Virus record (IMG/VR): IMGVR_UViG_3300036791_001907
Location: 64,001 to 128,000 of that record
Length of the DNA: 64,000 nt
Reading direction: 5' to 3' (one strand)
From: a virus
The notes beneath the pieces were generated by a model. That model made no database searches. It had not been told where the DNA came from and saw only the letters and a list, made by a program, of their open reading frames with translations. The translations under genes were made by a program, and so were the position numbers. This document shows positions 31,166-40,473 of the stretch, in pieces (positions within the stretch are counted from its first letter, which is position 1; each line of letters begins with the position of its first letter).

Positions 31166-31562
31166 TCTGCCGGCAGGATGGCACCCAGCCATTCCGGTCG
31201 ACTATCTGAACCCGGGCAGCAGGGTCGGCAAGGTCTATGCCGCGATCGCGGATGGCCCGCCGCTGCGGGTGCGGGAGCAGGCCTGGGGCTCGGACTCCGG
31301 CGATACCCAGATCGTCATCGAGCTGGAGAACTTCGTGGGCGTGGCCAGCAGCGAGCTGATCGACCAGCTCCGGTTACCGGAGCTGCGGGCGGAGCCCGTG
31401 CTCCGGCTGGCCTTGCACCCGACAGGGGCGCGCAAGCTCTGCCTGCACTTGCTCACGGCCCTGGCGGGCACCGGTGACCGGGTGGCCGGTCTGGCGCACG
31501 AGAAGACGATCGAGGCCATGAACGAGATCGGACGGCAAAGACAAGGAGATGTCGATGGATGA
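31152..31562 (+). CDS. Hypothetical protein
   Basis: AAGGAG RBS. Confidence 0.55.
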   Translation: MPDHDLPAGWHPAIPVDYLNPGSRVGKVYAAIADGPPLRVREQAWGSDSGDTQIVIELENFVGVASSELIDQLRLPELRAEPVLRLALHPTGARKLCLHLLTALAGTGDRVAGLAHEKTIEAMNEIGRQRQGDVDG

Positions 31563-31908
31563 GGATCTGTTCAATGAGATCACGCGGCGGTCCAGGCGGG
31601 CCCATCAGGTGCGACCTGATGTGCCCGCCGAGGATATGCTCTTCACCATTGCGGGCGACGAGCGCGTCGAGACCATTCCGGAGGTCAATGCCTCCAAGGA
31701 GCCGTTGTTTTTCGTTTGCATGCGCACGGCGACACTGAAGGCCGCTGACGTGTTTCCCGGCTCAACGCGGGTTCATTGCAACCGCTGTCAGAGCGAGGTC
31801 TGGATCAGTCCGGCGACCAAGATGACCTATGACCGGATCCCCAAGGCCGAGATCGTTTGCGCCGACTGTTTGGGGCTCATGATCGCGGCCGAGGAGGACG
31901 CGTCGTGA
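31549..31908 (+). CDS. Zn-binding hypothetical protein
   Basis: CNRC...CADC. Confidence 0.55.
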   Translation: MSMDEDLFNEITRRSRRAHQVRPDVPAEDMLFTIAGDERVETIPEVNASKEPLFFVCMRTATLKAADVFPGSTRVHCNRCQSEVWISPATKMTYDRIPKAEIVCADCLGLMIAAEEDAS

Positions 31909-32132
31909 GCCAGCGGCGACCGTTTACCTGTGCCATCTGCAAGGGCGACTTCACCACGGAGCGATCCCTGGAAGAAGTCCTTGCCGAAACCCGTGAGGTC
32001 TTTGGATCCGTGCCCGCTGAGGCCGATCGCGCCGCAGTCTGTGATGACTGTTACGACCAGTTCATGGCCTGGTTCAATGCACTGGGCCCGGAGGAGCGGG
32101 CCGAAATGGAACGAAAGGAGCATGGCGCATGA
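31905..32132 (+). CDS. Zn-binding hypothetical protein
   Basis: FTCAICKG...VCDDCY. Confidence 0.55.
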   Translation: MSQRRPFTCAICKGDFTTERSLEEVLAETREVFGSVPAEADRAAVCDDCYDQFMAWFNALGPEERAEMERKEHGA

Positions 32133-32485
32133 AGGCCGAGGACCTGATCCCATTTGATCCCGCGGTCGTCCCCTGGGCGACGACCCCCAGCGACTGGGCG
32201 CTCTGCCTCGTCCCCGAACCGGAGTGCCGGGTCTGGGTCGAGCACTCACTCATCCGCGCCATGCTCGAGGCCGATGGTCTCAATACAGACGACATCGCGA
32301 ACATTCATGGGACATTCACCGCGATCGGCGGCAAGGTTGCCGCGGCGTTCGATCGCCCGGAGCATGCCTTGCCTCCGAATAAGGTCCGGATGATCCGGTT
32401 CGCGGGTAACATGGTCGCGATGCGCGTAGGCCGCTTCGGTGATGATCTCTTTGTTTTCCTTCCCCGTCCGGAGTTCGAGTCGTGA
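32129..32485 (+). CDS. Hypothetical protein
   Basis: Coupled ORF. Confidence 0.55.
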   Translation: MKAEDLIPFDPAVVPWATTPSDWALCLVPEPECRVWVEHSLIRAMLEADGLNTDDIANIHGTFTAIGGKVAAAFDRPEHALPPNKVRMIRFAGNMVAMRVGRFGDDLFVFLPRPEFES

Positions 32486-32778
32486 ACCGGATCCGTCCCC
32501 ACATGCCGGGCTTCATGGACTTCGAGCCTGAGCCGGCGGCCGAATTCGAGACCCTCGATGAGCTGCGCGCGGTGCCGTTCGTCCGTCGCTGGGTCGAGGA
32601 CCCGCAGTTCCGCCGGCTTTCGCTCGCCGGTCCGCACGGCGATGAATACCTGCTCATGGCCGAGATGGCCGACGCCAGCCACTGGGTGATCGGCTACCTG
32701 CGTGAGCCCGTGGCGCTACCCCAGTTCGTGTCCCGGAGCACACTTGCGCCCCACGAGGCAAAGCCCAATGAGCCGTGA
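32482..32778 (+). CDS. Hypothetical protein
   Basis: Coupled ORF. Confidence 0.55.
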   Translation: MNRIRPHMPGFMDFEPEPAAEFETLDELRAVPFVRRWVEDPQFRRLSLAGPHGDEYLLMAEMADASHWVIGYLREPVALPQFVSRSTLAPHEAKPNEP

Positions 32779-33022
32779 AAAGTTCGATGAGAACTGCGAA
32801 GGCTGCCGGCCTGTCCTGATTGGCGAGAACGGGCCCCTGCCCGTTGATAGTCCCGAGGTGCAGGCGATCCGCGCCGTCTTCGAGCAACAACCCCTGGAAG
32901 TGAAGAAGGCCTGGCACGCCTTCACCTGTCTGAATTCGCGCCAGCCGCACGATCTCGATCAGGTCGCGCTCTTCATGGAGGCGATGAAGACCGCACTGCT
33001 CAAGCTTCATCCTGGCCAGTAG
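32768..33022 (+). CDS. Hypothetical protein
   Basis: Coupled ORF. Confidence 0.5.
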   Translation: MSREKFDENCEGCRPVLIGENGPLPVDSPEVQAIRAVFEQQPLEVKKAWHAFTCLNSRQPHDLDQVALFMEAMKTALLKLHPGQ

Positions 33023-33025
33023 GAG

Positions 33026-33271
33026 GTGCCAATGGCCTGTATGGTTTTGCTGGGTGCCGAGGGCTGCTCGGAGCTGAAAGACGCACCCTATGTTCGCGAT
33101 GCGACGTCGGATGAATACGCGGCCTGGAAGGCCCGGTTCCCTAAAGTTGACATGGTTGTGGCTAACAGGCCCTACTTCCTGATGGTCGTCGATGTCGACC
33201 ATCCTGAATGCTCCAAGGTGGTCGCGGACCGCGCGCGGTCCGTGGTCCGGACGATCCGACTCACCGACTGA
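33026..33271 (+). CDS. Hypothetical protein
   Basis: GGAGG RBS; start uncertain. Confidence 0.5.
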   Translation: MPMACMVLLGAEGCSELKDAPYVRDATSDEYAAWKARFPKVDMVVANRPYFLMVVDVDHPECSKVVADRARSVVRTIRLTD

Positions 33272-33284
33272 AAGGAGCCGTGCG

Positions 33285-33557
33285 ATGGCACGGATCGAGC
33301 TGGAGTTCGAGGAGGTCAACCTCCGCAACGAGGAGTCGGGGCTTGTCCAGCGTGGGGTCCGCGCCATCTGCCCGGAGTGCGGTGAGACCGAGGAGTCCTA
33401 CGGCACGGGCGCCAAGAGCCGGATGCGCTGTCTGATGCGGCTCAAGGAGAACTGCTCCGAGACAGATTCTGCCACGGGGCGGAGTCACTACTACGTGGAC
33501 CCGGACGCCGACGGCCGGCTGCCTGATCCGGTCGTCAAACCCTGGTGGGAGAAGTAG
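33285..33557 (+). CDS. Zn-binding hypothetical protein
   Basis: AAGGAG RBS; CPECG...RC..L..NC. Confidence 0.55.
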   Translation: MARIELEFEEVNLRNEESGLVQRGVRAICPECGETEESYGTGAKSRMRCLMRLKENCSETDSATGRSHYYVDPDADGRLPDPVVKPWWEK

Positions 33558-33561
33558 GAAC

Positions 33562-33999
33562 ATGCCGCGACGAGAGATGACAGCCGGCCTCTTGCCCGGG
33601 CCGGTGTGGCTGATCGTGCGCCCTGACTACCCGAACAACGAGCCGCTCCACGCGCTGGGGCCGATCCGTACCCTGGAGAAGCTCCGGGGCGTGTACGAGG
33701 GCATTCACTGGGCCGGGCGCAGCAACACCATCGTCGATGTTGTCACCATCCTGCCCGAGAAGTGCACCGAGGTTCATGTCGATGCGTTCTCTGGTTTCTA
33801 CTTCGGGCCGCTGGAGGCGGTGACCTTCGAGCAGCGGCTCATGGCGGTCCTCTGGTACGACTTCGACACGGGCCGCTGGGACGCGGAGAAGGAGTGGAAC
33901 GCGGACCGCTGGCAGGACGTTGGCCAGCTGCTCGCACAGTTTGGGATCAAGTTCCCGGGTGAGAACACGATCAAGCCCACCTGGGAGGACCCTGGATGA
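33562..33999 (+). CDS. Hypothetical protein
   Basis: ORF in operon. Confidence 0.5.
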   Translation: MPRREMTAGLLPGPVWLIVRPDYPNNEPLHALGPIRTLEKLRGVYEGIHWAGRSNTIVDVVTILPEKCTEVHVDAFSGFYFGPLEAVTFEQRLMAVLWYDFDTGRWDAEKEWNADRWQDVGQLLAQFGIKFPGENTIKPTWEDPG

Positions 34000-34175
34000 G
34001 GAGGCGTGATGCACTCAAGCTACACAACGGCGATGAGGTACGACTCAAGGCGACGGGTGAAGTCTGCACCGTCTATCGGTCTTACCGCCGCGAGAATGAT
34101 CCGCGGGCGATCGTGGTCGAGATCCAGTCGCCCACCCAGGGCTTTCTGGTCGTCGACAGTGCCGCCCTTTCCTGA
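33996..34175 (+). CDS. Small hypothetical protein (59 aa, not in the ORF track)
   Basis: ATGA overlap with the previous stop, GGAGG RBS; MRRRDALKLHNGDEVRLKATGEVCTV... Confidence 0.6.
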   Translation: MRRRDALKLHNGDEVRLKATGEVCTVYRSYRRENDPRAIVVEIQSPTQGFLVVDSAALS

Positions 34176-34203
34176 ACGGCCGGCGCGGCCGTCTGAGCGG
34201 TTT

Positions 34204-34677
34204 GTGGTCATTGACTTCAGGCAGCCGCTTTCGGTCCTTGACTGCATGCGGCGGCGCGTGTGGCAACAGCAACAACAGCAGCGGACGCTTCGTATTCCCC
34301 CGCCGTTCGGCCCCGGGGAACCTCATCACATGTTTCTCAACATGAGTCAATTCACCATGAGCGAGACCGATGGCCGGCAGTCGCGACGGCGGCGGTTTTC
34401 CGGCTGCGTGTACCTCAGCTTCGAGCAGACCGAGATGGCGATCCGGGCCGAGTGGATCAACGAGTGGCTCGACCAGGGTGGGACGGTCCTGGGCAAGCTG
34501 GCTCGCGATGACCAGGCCCCATACGCCCTGATCGCCGAGGCGCTGGAACCGTACGTTGATACCATTCTCTGTGAGATGGCCGATGGTACGCGGCAGCGGA
34601 TCTACGGCTACAAGCACGAGCCGGCCGGCTGGCCAGCTTCCAGGGAGTTTCGGCTATGGCCATCGTTCGTGATCTGA
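34204..34677 (+). CDS. Hypothetical protein
   Basis: 3' part of ORF 34006-34677; start uncertain. Confidence 0.45.
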   Translation: MVIDFRQPLSVLDCMRRRVWQQQQQQRTLRIPPPFGPGEPHHMFLNMSQFTMSETDGRQSRRRRFSGCVYLSFEQTEMAIRAEWINEWLDQGGTVLGKLARDDQAPYALIAEALEPYVDTILCEMADGTRQRIYGYKHEPAGWPASREFRLWPSFVI

Positions 34678-34967
34678 CCCAGCACCTGCTCGAATGCCTG
34701 GCGCTCGATGTCTGGCCGCGGCTCGCGGCGATCGTGGACTTCGGCATCGACACGCAGGAGCACCTGGGCGCGCTCCAGTACGCCTGGAAGCACGGCCGTA
34801 CGCCTGAGGAGTTCGACGCGGCGCTCGGTGATGGCGCCAAGCTAACCGCGCTGTGCGCGGTGCCGGGACAGCCGTATCAGGTGAAGTTCGCGACCTCCTG
34901 GGACCGGATTGGCCCCGAGGATGCGTTCATGGACGACGATGATGACGATGACGACGAACTGGAGTGA
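34656..34967 (+). CDS. Hypothetical protein with acidic tail
   Basis: ORF in operon. Confidence 0.55.
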   Translation: MAIVRDLTQHLLECLALDVWPRLAAIVDFGIDTQEHLGALQYAWKHGRTPEEFDAALGDGAKLTALCAVPGQPYQVKFATSWDRIGPEDAFMDDDDDDDDELE

Positions 34968-34969
34968 TC

Positions 34970-35248
34970 ATGAGCAAACCACCGATCGACTGGAAGCATT
35001 ACATCGAGCATCAGGGGCTGACGTGCCCCTATTGCGGCAGCGTGGACCTCGAAGGCGGGTCCTTCAATGCTGATGGGGGTTACGCCCGGTGTTCCGTCAC
35101 CTGCTGCGGCTGCGGTCGCTGCTGGGATGACGTTTATCGGCTCGTGGATGTCGACAACAAACCCGAGGAGGATCCCGATGGTCAAGAAGAAAGCTCTTAC
35201 CAAGACCCAGACCCCGACGATCCAGGCCCCCGCGGCCAGGTCGGTTGA
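34970..35248 (+). CDS. Zn-ribbon protein
   Basis: CPYCGS...CxxCG..W.D.Y. Confidence 0.6.
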   Translation: MSKPPIDWKHYIEHQGLTCPYCGSVDLEGGSFNADGGYARCSVTCCGCGRCWDDVYRLVDVDNKPEEDPDGQEESSYQDPDPDDPGPRGQVG

Positions 35249-35463
35249 GAGTACTCTCGTGGGCCGCACGATCGTGGAGGTCCGCCCCATGCGGCCCGAC
35301 GAGCTGAAGACCGAGGGCTGGGCGCTGGGTGTGCACGCAGCACCGGTTGTCCTGGTGCTGGACGACAGCACCCCGGATCTATCCCTCCCGCGATCCGGAA
35401 GGCAACGGTCCCGGTGCCCGCTTCGGTATCGACGCGCAGGGCGCCGGCTTCATGCTGGGCTAG
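35178..35463 (+). pseudogene. Frameshifted small gene (extra base in CCCC run at 35371-35374)
   Basis: LVGRTIVEVRPM..E...EGW..VLVLDDST continues in the +1 frame as RIYPSRDPEGNGPGARFG...* at 35461-35463. Confidence 0.6.
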
Positions 35464-35471
35464 GCGATGTA

Positions 35472-35504
35472 CGGACCGGCGGGGGCGGCGCCCTCGCCGG
35501 TCCG
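35472..35504. terminator. GC hairpin ending the small-gene operon
   Basis: CGGACCGGCGGGGG-CGGCG-CCCTCGCCGGTCCG. Confidence 0.5.
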
Positions 35505-35548
35505 GGGCCGATCTTTTATGATCGAGTCCCGTGATTGGGAGTCATAGC

Positions 35549-36520
35549 ATGCCAACGGCCAATACCCTGGATCGTGATGACGACGATACCGCGGCGCTGG
35601 CCAGGCGGCGGCGCGCGGGCGATCGGGTGATCACCAATGGCGTCGTCGGTTACTACGATGGCAGGTCGCTGCTGATCGTTCCGTGCGATGAGGCGGAGAC
35701 CGCAACCGCGTCAGATCCGCTACCACGCAGGGCGTCCCGAGCCCGGGTGCCCGTTTCCCTGACCCAGCGGAGGATGTGCATGGTTACGCAGAAAGTCAGC
35801 ACCTGGGATCTGCTCCAGAACCACCCGGTTGCCGGTACGCTTGATGCCGAGGCCAGGCTCGCGCTGGTGTGCGAGTATCTCGACCTGGTCGACGAACTCG
35901 AGGGGATGTCCCTGACCGACTTCGTCACGGCGTACTTTACCGCCGAGGCGGTGGCGCCGGATGCCGAAGCTGCGGCGCCGGACCGGAACGGGGAGGCCGA
36001 CGCCGACGACGGCGACGGATCCAAGGGTGATCCCCGGCCGACGACCATGGTCGGCCTGCGGGTCGTCTACCGGTTCCCCGGCCGCAATGTCCTTTCGGAT
36101 GCGACAGGCGTCACTCGCGACTCGGGCGGCACCGTCGCGTTCACCGACGTGGACGAGGAGGTCTGGTCCAACATCGCCAGGGACAAGGTCTACCCGATCG
36201 ACCCCGCCAACTACCGCGAGCTCCACATCACCAAGCGCGAGGCCAAGGAGATCAACGGCTGGCTGGCCGGCACGCCCGCCAAGGACCAGCCGGAGAATGG
36301 TCTGCTGCGGAGCCTGTTCGTCGAGTTCCCCGAGTCCCCCGAGTTCACCGAGCGAATTGCGTTCGCGATCGTCAACGGCAAGAAACCCTATGTCGATCGG
36401 TTCGTGCAGCTGCCGGACAACGGCTTCGAGGACGACCAGAAGCCCACCACCCGGCTCTTCGGCGAGCATTGTTTTCGGGTCCGCAGCGTGGACTACGTCG
36501 TCAAGGTGGTGAGTCCCTGA
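35549..36520 (+). CDS. Hypothetical protein (alternative start 35780)
   Basis: Long ORF; internal GGAGG RBS before 35780. Confidence 0.55.
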   Translation: MPTANTLDRDDDDTAALARRRRAGDRVITNGVVGYYDGRSLLIVPCDEAETATASDPLPRRASRARVPVSLTQRRMCMVTQKVSTWDLLQNHPVAGTLDAEARLALVCEYLDLVDELEGMSLTDFVTAYFTAEAVAPDAEAAAPDRNGEADADDGDGSKGDPRPTTMVGLRVVYRFPGRNVLSDATGVTRDSGGTVAFTDVDEEVWSNIARDKVYPIDPANYRELHITKREAKEINGWLAGTPAKDQPENGLLRSLFVEFPESPEFTERIAFAIVNGKKPYVDRFVQLPDNGFEDDQKPTTRLFGEHCFRVRSVDYVVKVVSP

Positions 36521-37197
36521 TCGTTACGCAGCGTATCCGCGGACTGCCGGTGGCGGCGGAGCTTCGGCGCGATGAACGCAGTGGCGGCCGCCGTCACAGG
36601 CAATTCGACATACGCGGCGATCCGTGCCACCGTGTCGTCCGGGTTGTCGATGGCCCGGTCGTAGTCGATCCAGAGCGCCGGGGGGATACCGTGGGATTCC
36701 AGCTCGTCGAGCGTGATCAGCCGGCGGCGGGAATACTCCCGGATGATCAGGGCACATTCCGCCGGTGAGAAGTAGCGGCGCGCGGCGCCCAAGCTCGTGA
36801 TCATCGTGTCCGTATCACGATCGGTCACGATCACCCGGACGGGATGGTTCACCGTGGCTGCGAAGTGCGCGGCGTAGTAGCAAAGCTCCGGATCTTTAAC
36901 ACCCCAGCAGGGGCGTTGTTCGCAGGCCCGGATCAGCCGGATGTACCGCAGCATGTCGGTCGGCTCCGGCGTGCATTCCCAGGGGGGCAGTCGGAGCCGG
37001 GCACGCACCGGCCGTCGCTCGTAATGCCGCGACCAGGAGCGATGCAGGCAGCGGAACCGGATGTCCTCGAAGTAGCCCAGCGGATTGGCGGCGTCGGGAG
37101 ACCGGGACGGCCCCATGTCGACGCCCAGATGATGGAGAATGCCGGCCACCATGCTCGAACCGCTCCGCGGCACCGGCAGCACCAGGACACATAGCAA
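36493..37197 (-). CDS. Sulfotransferase family protein
   Basis: PAPS-binding VLVLPVPRSGSSMV, NPLGYFED, WGVKDP, YDRAIDNP. Confidence 0.8.
   Translation of the reverse strand: MLCVLVLPVPRSGSSMVAGILHHLGVDMGPSRSPDAANPLGYFEDIRFRCLHRSWSRHYERRPVRARLRLPPWECTPEPTDMLRYIRLIRACEQRPCWGVKDPELCYYAAHFAATVNHPVRVIVTDRDTDTMITSLGAARRYFSPAECALIIREYSRRRLITLDELESHGIPPALWIDYDRAIDNPDDTVARIAAYVELPVTAAATAFIAPKLRRHRQSADTLRNDQGLTTLTT
36522..36538. promoter_or_regulatory. 17-bp palindromic site, copy C (degenerate)
   Basis: CGTTACGCAGCGTATCC after stop 36520. Confidence 0.5.
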
Positions 37198-37198
37198 C

Positions 37199-37210
37199 GG
37201 AGGATCCTCC
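37199..37210. promoter_or_regulatory. Palindromic bidirectional Shine-Dalgarno
   Basis: GGAGGATCCTCC; GGAGG lies 8 nt before ATG 37212 (+) and 8 nt before TTG 37197 (-). Confidence 0.6.
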
Positions 37211-37211
37211 C

Positions 37212-38090
37212 ATGAGGCATGCGGTCTTCACGATCGTCCAGGACGAGCCGGTCTTCTTCCCGCTCTGGTACCGGTACTATAGCCGGCACTACAAGCCGCA
37301 GAATATCTACGTGCTCTACCATCCCCTCTTCGAGGAAGAGTCGGGCGGCGAGCCGACGTGGCTCAAGGTGCCACTTTTCAATGATCCGAATACCCGGACC
37401 TTCCGCGATATGAACATCGTGCGGGTCTTCCGCGAGAAGTCGTTCGACCATACCTGGCTCCGCGCGCAGGTCGAGCAGTTCGCGGCGTTCCTGCTCGGCT
37501 CCCATGATACGGTGACATTCACCGAGGTCGATGAGATCCTGGCGCTGGATCCGTACAGGGTCAATGATGGCAGTCTGATGCGATGGCTCGCCATTTGGTG
37601 TCGCCAGCGCCGACCCGCGGTCCGTGCCACGGGGTACGAGGTTGTGCACCAATTCGATGACGAGCCCGATCTGGATCTCGACGAGATCCAGTACAAGGCC
37701 GGCCGGGTGCTCAGAGACCGGGGGTGGTGGTACCCCTCGGAGATCTACTCCAAGACCCTGATCTGGACCGCGCCGCCGCAGTGGGACAATGGGTTTCACG
37801 AAGCCTTTATCCCTGACGGCGCCGGCGCCGTGATGCCTCTGGTGTTGGGCCGGGAGCCTGAGCTGCTCCTTCTGCACCTGCACAAGGTCGACTATTGCGT
37901 TGCCGCGGCGCGGCTGCGGCGGACCGCGGCACGGGACTGGAACAAGCCGGACACGCGGGATCGGGTCGGCATCCAGAACCGGTTCACGAGCGAAGCGCAG
38001 CTCAAGAATTGGTGGTACAAGAGTATCGATCATCCGGCAGCCAATGCGCCGCTGGTCCAGATCCCGGACGATATCCGGTCCATCATCTGA
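37212..38090 (+). CDS. Glycosyltransferase family 2-like protein
   Basis: AVFTIVQDE..FFPLW.RYY, FTEVDEIL, YSKTLI, LLLLHLH. Confidence 0.7.
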   Translation: MRHAVFTIVQDEPVFFPLWYRYYSRHYKPQNIYVLYHPLFEEESGGEPTWLKVPLFNDPNTRTFRDMNIVRVFREKSFDHTWLRAQVEQFAAFLLGSHDTVTFTEVDEILALDPYRVNDGSLMRWLAIWCRQRRPAVRATGYEVVHQFDDEPDLDLDEIQYKAGRVLRDRGWWYPSEIYSKTLIWTAPPQWDNGFHEAFIPDGAGAVMPLVLGREPELLLLHLHKVDYCVAAARLRRTAARDWNKPDTRDRVGIQNRFTSEAQLKNWWYKSIDHPAANAPLVQIPDDIRSII

Positions 38091-38101
38091 AGGAGGATCC
38101 C

Positions 38102-39277
38102 GTGGTCGATGTCGCCATGGTTGTCGCGTCCAACCGCGAGGCCGAGTTCAGAGCGTTTTTCGATGCCTGGCACGGCGAGAAGGGGTTTCCCTGGGACGTC
38201 ACGATCCTGGTCCAGGACGGCGGCGGCGAGCCGTTCCAGCCTGATGACGAGGACGATGATGACTACGGCCAGCGCTATCGCTGGCAGAACCTGGTCCGGC
38301 ACGACTGGGGATCGATCGTCGTCGACAGCGGGATGGTGATGCCCGACTGGCTGTCCCGCCGCGACTCGGGCATCAAGGCGTGGGGCTTCCTGGACGCCGT
38401 GCTCCGCCATAAGGCCGACGTCGTTATCACGCTCGATGACGACTGCTTTCCCTGTCCGCTGGCGGCCGATCCCAGCTGGCGCCGCAAGGGCGTGGAACAC
38501 GCCCAGCTGATCGAGGCGGCGCGGGCTGACTTTGTCGGTCAGCACGTGGATGCGCTCCACTATACACGCCGGTGGTCCACCTCGGTCCCCGGCTTCACAT
38601 CCCGGGGGATGCCCTATGGCACGCTGGCCGATGGCCAGCGGCAGCCGCGCGCCGGCGACAACTCCCTGGGCGCGCTGCCGGTCGCGCTCAACATGGGCGT
38701 CTGGGGCGTGATCCCGGACCGTGACGCGGTTCACGAGCTGACCAACTGGACGGAGGAGGGCTATTACAAGCCCTGGAAGCCGCAGAAGAATGTCTACCAG
38801 CATTCGCGGGTCATGAGCCCGCAGCAGTACTGGCCGCTCTGCGGCATGAACCTGGCCTTTCGCCGCGAGATCGCGCCGCTGCTCTACCTTCCCCGCATGG
38901 GCGAGGGAGTGCCGTTCCGCCGGTTCGACGATATCTGGTGCGGCGTGATCGCCCAGAAGTGCCTGCGCCATCTGGGTATGGCCTGTACCGTGGGTGGGCC
39001 GATCATCAACCACATGCGGGCGTCGCAGCCCATGGATAACCTGGTGCGGGAGGCGCCCGGGATCCGCGCCAACGAGGAGTTCTGGAGGCTGATCGACCGG
39101 ATCGAACTCTGGCCCGTCGACCAGACGCCGCTGCGCTGCATGAGCCATATCGGCAATGCGCTCGCGGAGGATTGCACGGGGATCAAGGACGAGCAGCTGC
39201 GCGCGTACATGCCGCAGCTCGGCGGCTGGATCCAGCAGTGGTGTAACCTGTTCAGGAAAGCGGGGTGGGAACCTTGA
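38102..39277 (+). CDS. RGP / UDP-arabinopyranose mutase-like (GT75) protein
   Basis: DS..KAWGF, ITLDDDCFP, RGMPY, GVWGVIPDRDA, PLCGMNLAFRRE, RFDDIWCG..AQKCL.HLG. Confidence 0.82.
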   Translation: MVDVAMVVASNREAEFRAFFDAWHGEKGFPWDVTILVQDGGGEPFQPDDEDDDDYGQRYRWQNLVRHDWGSIVVDSGMVMPDWLSRRDSGIKAWGFLDAVLRHKADVVITLDDDCFPCPLAADPSWRRKGVEHAQLIEAARADFVGQHVDALHYTRRWSTSVPGFTSRGMPYGTLADGQRQPRAGDNSLGALPVALNMGVWGVIPDRDAVHELTNWTEEGYYKPWKPQKNVYQHSRVMSPQQYWPLCGMNLAFRREIAPLLYLPRMGEGVPFRRFDDIWCGVIAQKCLRHLGMACTVGGPIINHMRASQPMDNLVREAPGIRANEEFWRLIDRIELWPVDQTPLRCMSHIGNALAEDCTGIKDEQLRAYMPQLGGWIQQWCNLFRKAGWEP

Positions 39278-39290
39278 GAGGAGGAAGGCC

Positions 39291-39467
39291 ATGCACAGGA
39301 TCAAGCCCAAGGTCAAGCCCGAGATTGATCCCAAGGACAGGCCCATCGAGACCTGCCTGGGCTGTGGCCGGCCGACCAAGTTGCTCTACTGCGACAGCTG
39401 CGCGCCGCCGCCGCTGCTCCGGCAGACCAGCCGGCGGAGCAAGGGCGGGAAGGAAAGCGAGTCATGA
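39291..39467 (+). CDS. Small Zn-finger protein
   Basis: CLGCG...YCDSC; GGAGG RBS. Confidence 0.5.
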   Translation: MHRIKPKVKPEIDPKDRPIETCLGCGRPTKLLYCDSCAPPPLLRQTSRRSKGGKESES

Positions 39468-40279
39468 ATGTTGAGACCTTGATCGTCTTCGCGACCAACC
39501 GGCGGGGTATCATCAAGGATCAGGTCGAGGCCATTCGCTGGGCGCACAGTCGGCCCTGCGCGATCGTCTGCGTCGATGACACACTTGAACGCGACGATCC
39601 CCTGATCCGCCGCGATGGCAACTTCTTCCGCATCCCCTCGCAGCTTCCCGGCCGCCGAAACCTGTCGGGGTTCAAGAACAACGAGGGGATCCAGTTCGCC
39701 CTGGCCAATAGCATCGACTTCCGGTATGTGCTCTGTCTCGACGACGATGCCCTGCCGATCGGCCGCGGCCTCGACGAGTGGGCCCTCGGGCGGATGGATG
39801 CCACCGCGATCGATCTTCTGGGCGTCAAGGACCGGATGAACTACCAGAACTACTGGCCGCAGGTGCCGCAGCTCCTGGGCCGCTGGCTGCCCGAGGCCCG
39901 GGAGGTGGCCGCCGCCATCGACCTGAGTCCGGAGACGGTCTTCTACGCGATCAACTGGATGTCGCGCGGATTGGTCGATACGCTGGCGGAGCACAACCTG
40001 CTGGTGCCCGACGGCTGCGCCGGCTGGCCGCTCTGGCCCGATACCTACACATCCTGGGTGACGCAGCTCATGGGCGGCTATCAGGTCACCTGGGGTCACA
40101 TGGATGACCCGAAGCCGCCCGTCTACGGCAACCATCGCAACCACATGAGGTTCGCGCCGAGCCCGACGATCCTGCGGGATGACTTTTTGATCTACCATCC
40201 CATCCGCCACGTCACGATGAATGACGAGCAGAGCCTGCGCGAGCATTATGCGGCGCGACGCCAGCGTGATCAGGGCTGA
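39464..40279 (+). CDS. GT-A fold glycosyltransferase-like protein
   Basis: VCVDD, YVLCLDDDAL (DxD), IYHPIR. Confidence 0.6.
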   Translation: MNVETLIVFATNRRGIIKDQVEAIRWAHSRPCAIVCVDDTLERDDPLIRRDGNFFRIPSQLPGRRNLSGFKNNEGIQFALANSIDFRYVLCLDDDALPIGRGLDEWALGRMDATAIDLLGVKDRMNYQNYWPQVPQLLGRWLPEAREVAAAIDLSPETVFYAINWMSRGLVDTLAEHNLLVPDGCAGWPLWPDTYTSWVTQLMGGYQVTWGHMDDPKPPVYGNHRNHMRFAPSPTILRDDFLIYHPIRHVTMNDEQSLREHYAARRQRDQG

Positions 40280-40473
40280 CGGGTTTCGCGAAGGGCCTGT
40301 TCCTGGGTTTCCCCGAGGCGGATTCGCGTGAGGACTTCTTCCCGGTGGACGGGGATCTCACGAGGTGCCTCGATACCGATCCTGGCCTTGTCGCCTCGGA
40401 CCTGGACGAGGGTGAGAACAATGTCATCGTTGATGACGATCTTTTCGCCGATCTTTCGCGTCAGCACCAACAT
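40270..40473 (-). CDS. csrA: Carbon storage regulator CsrA
   Basis: MLVLTRKIGEKIVINDDI...RIGIEAPREIPVHREEV. Confidence 0.95.
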   Translation of the reverse strand: MLVLTRKIGEKIVINDDIVLTLVQVRGDKARIGIEAPREIPVHREEVLTRIRLGETQEQALRETRQP

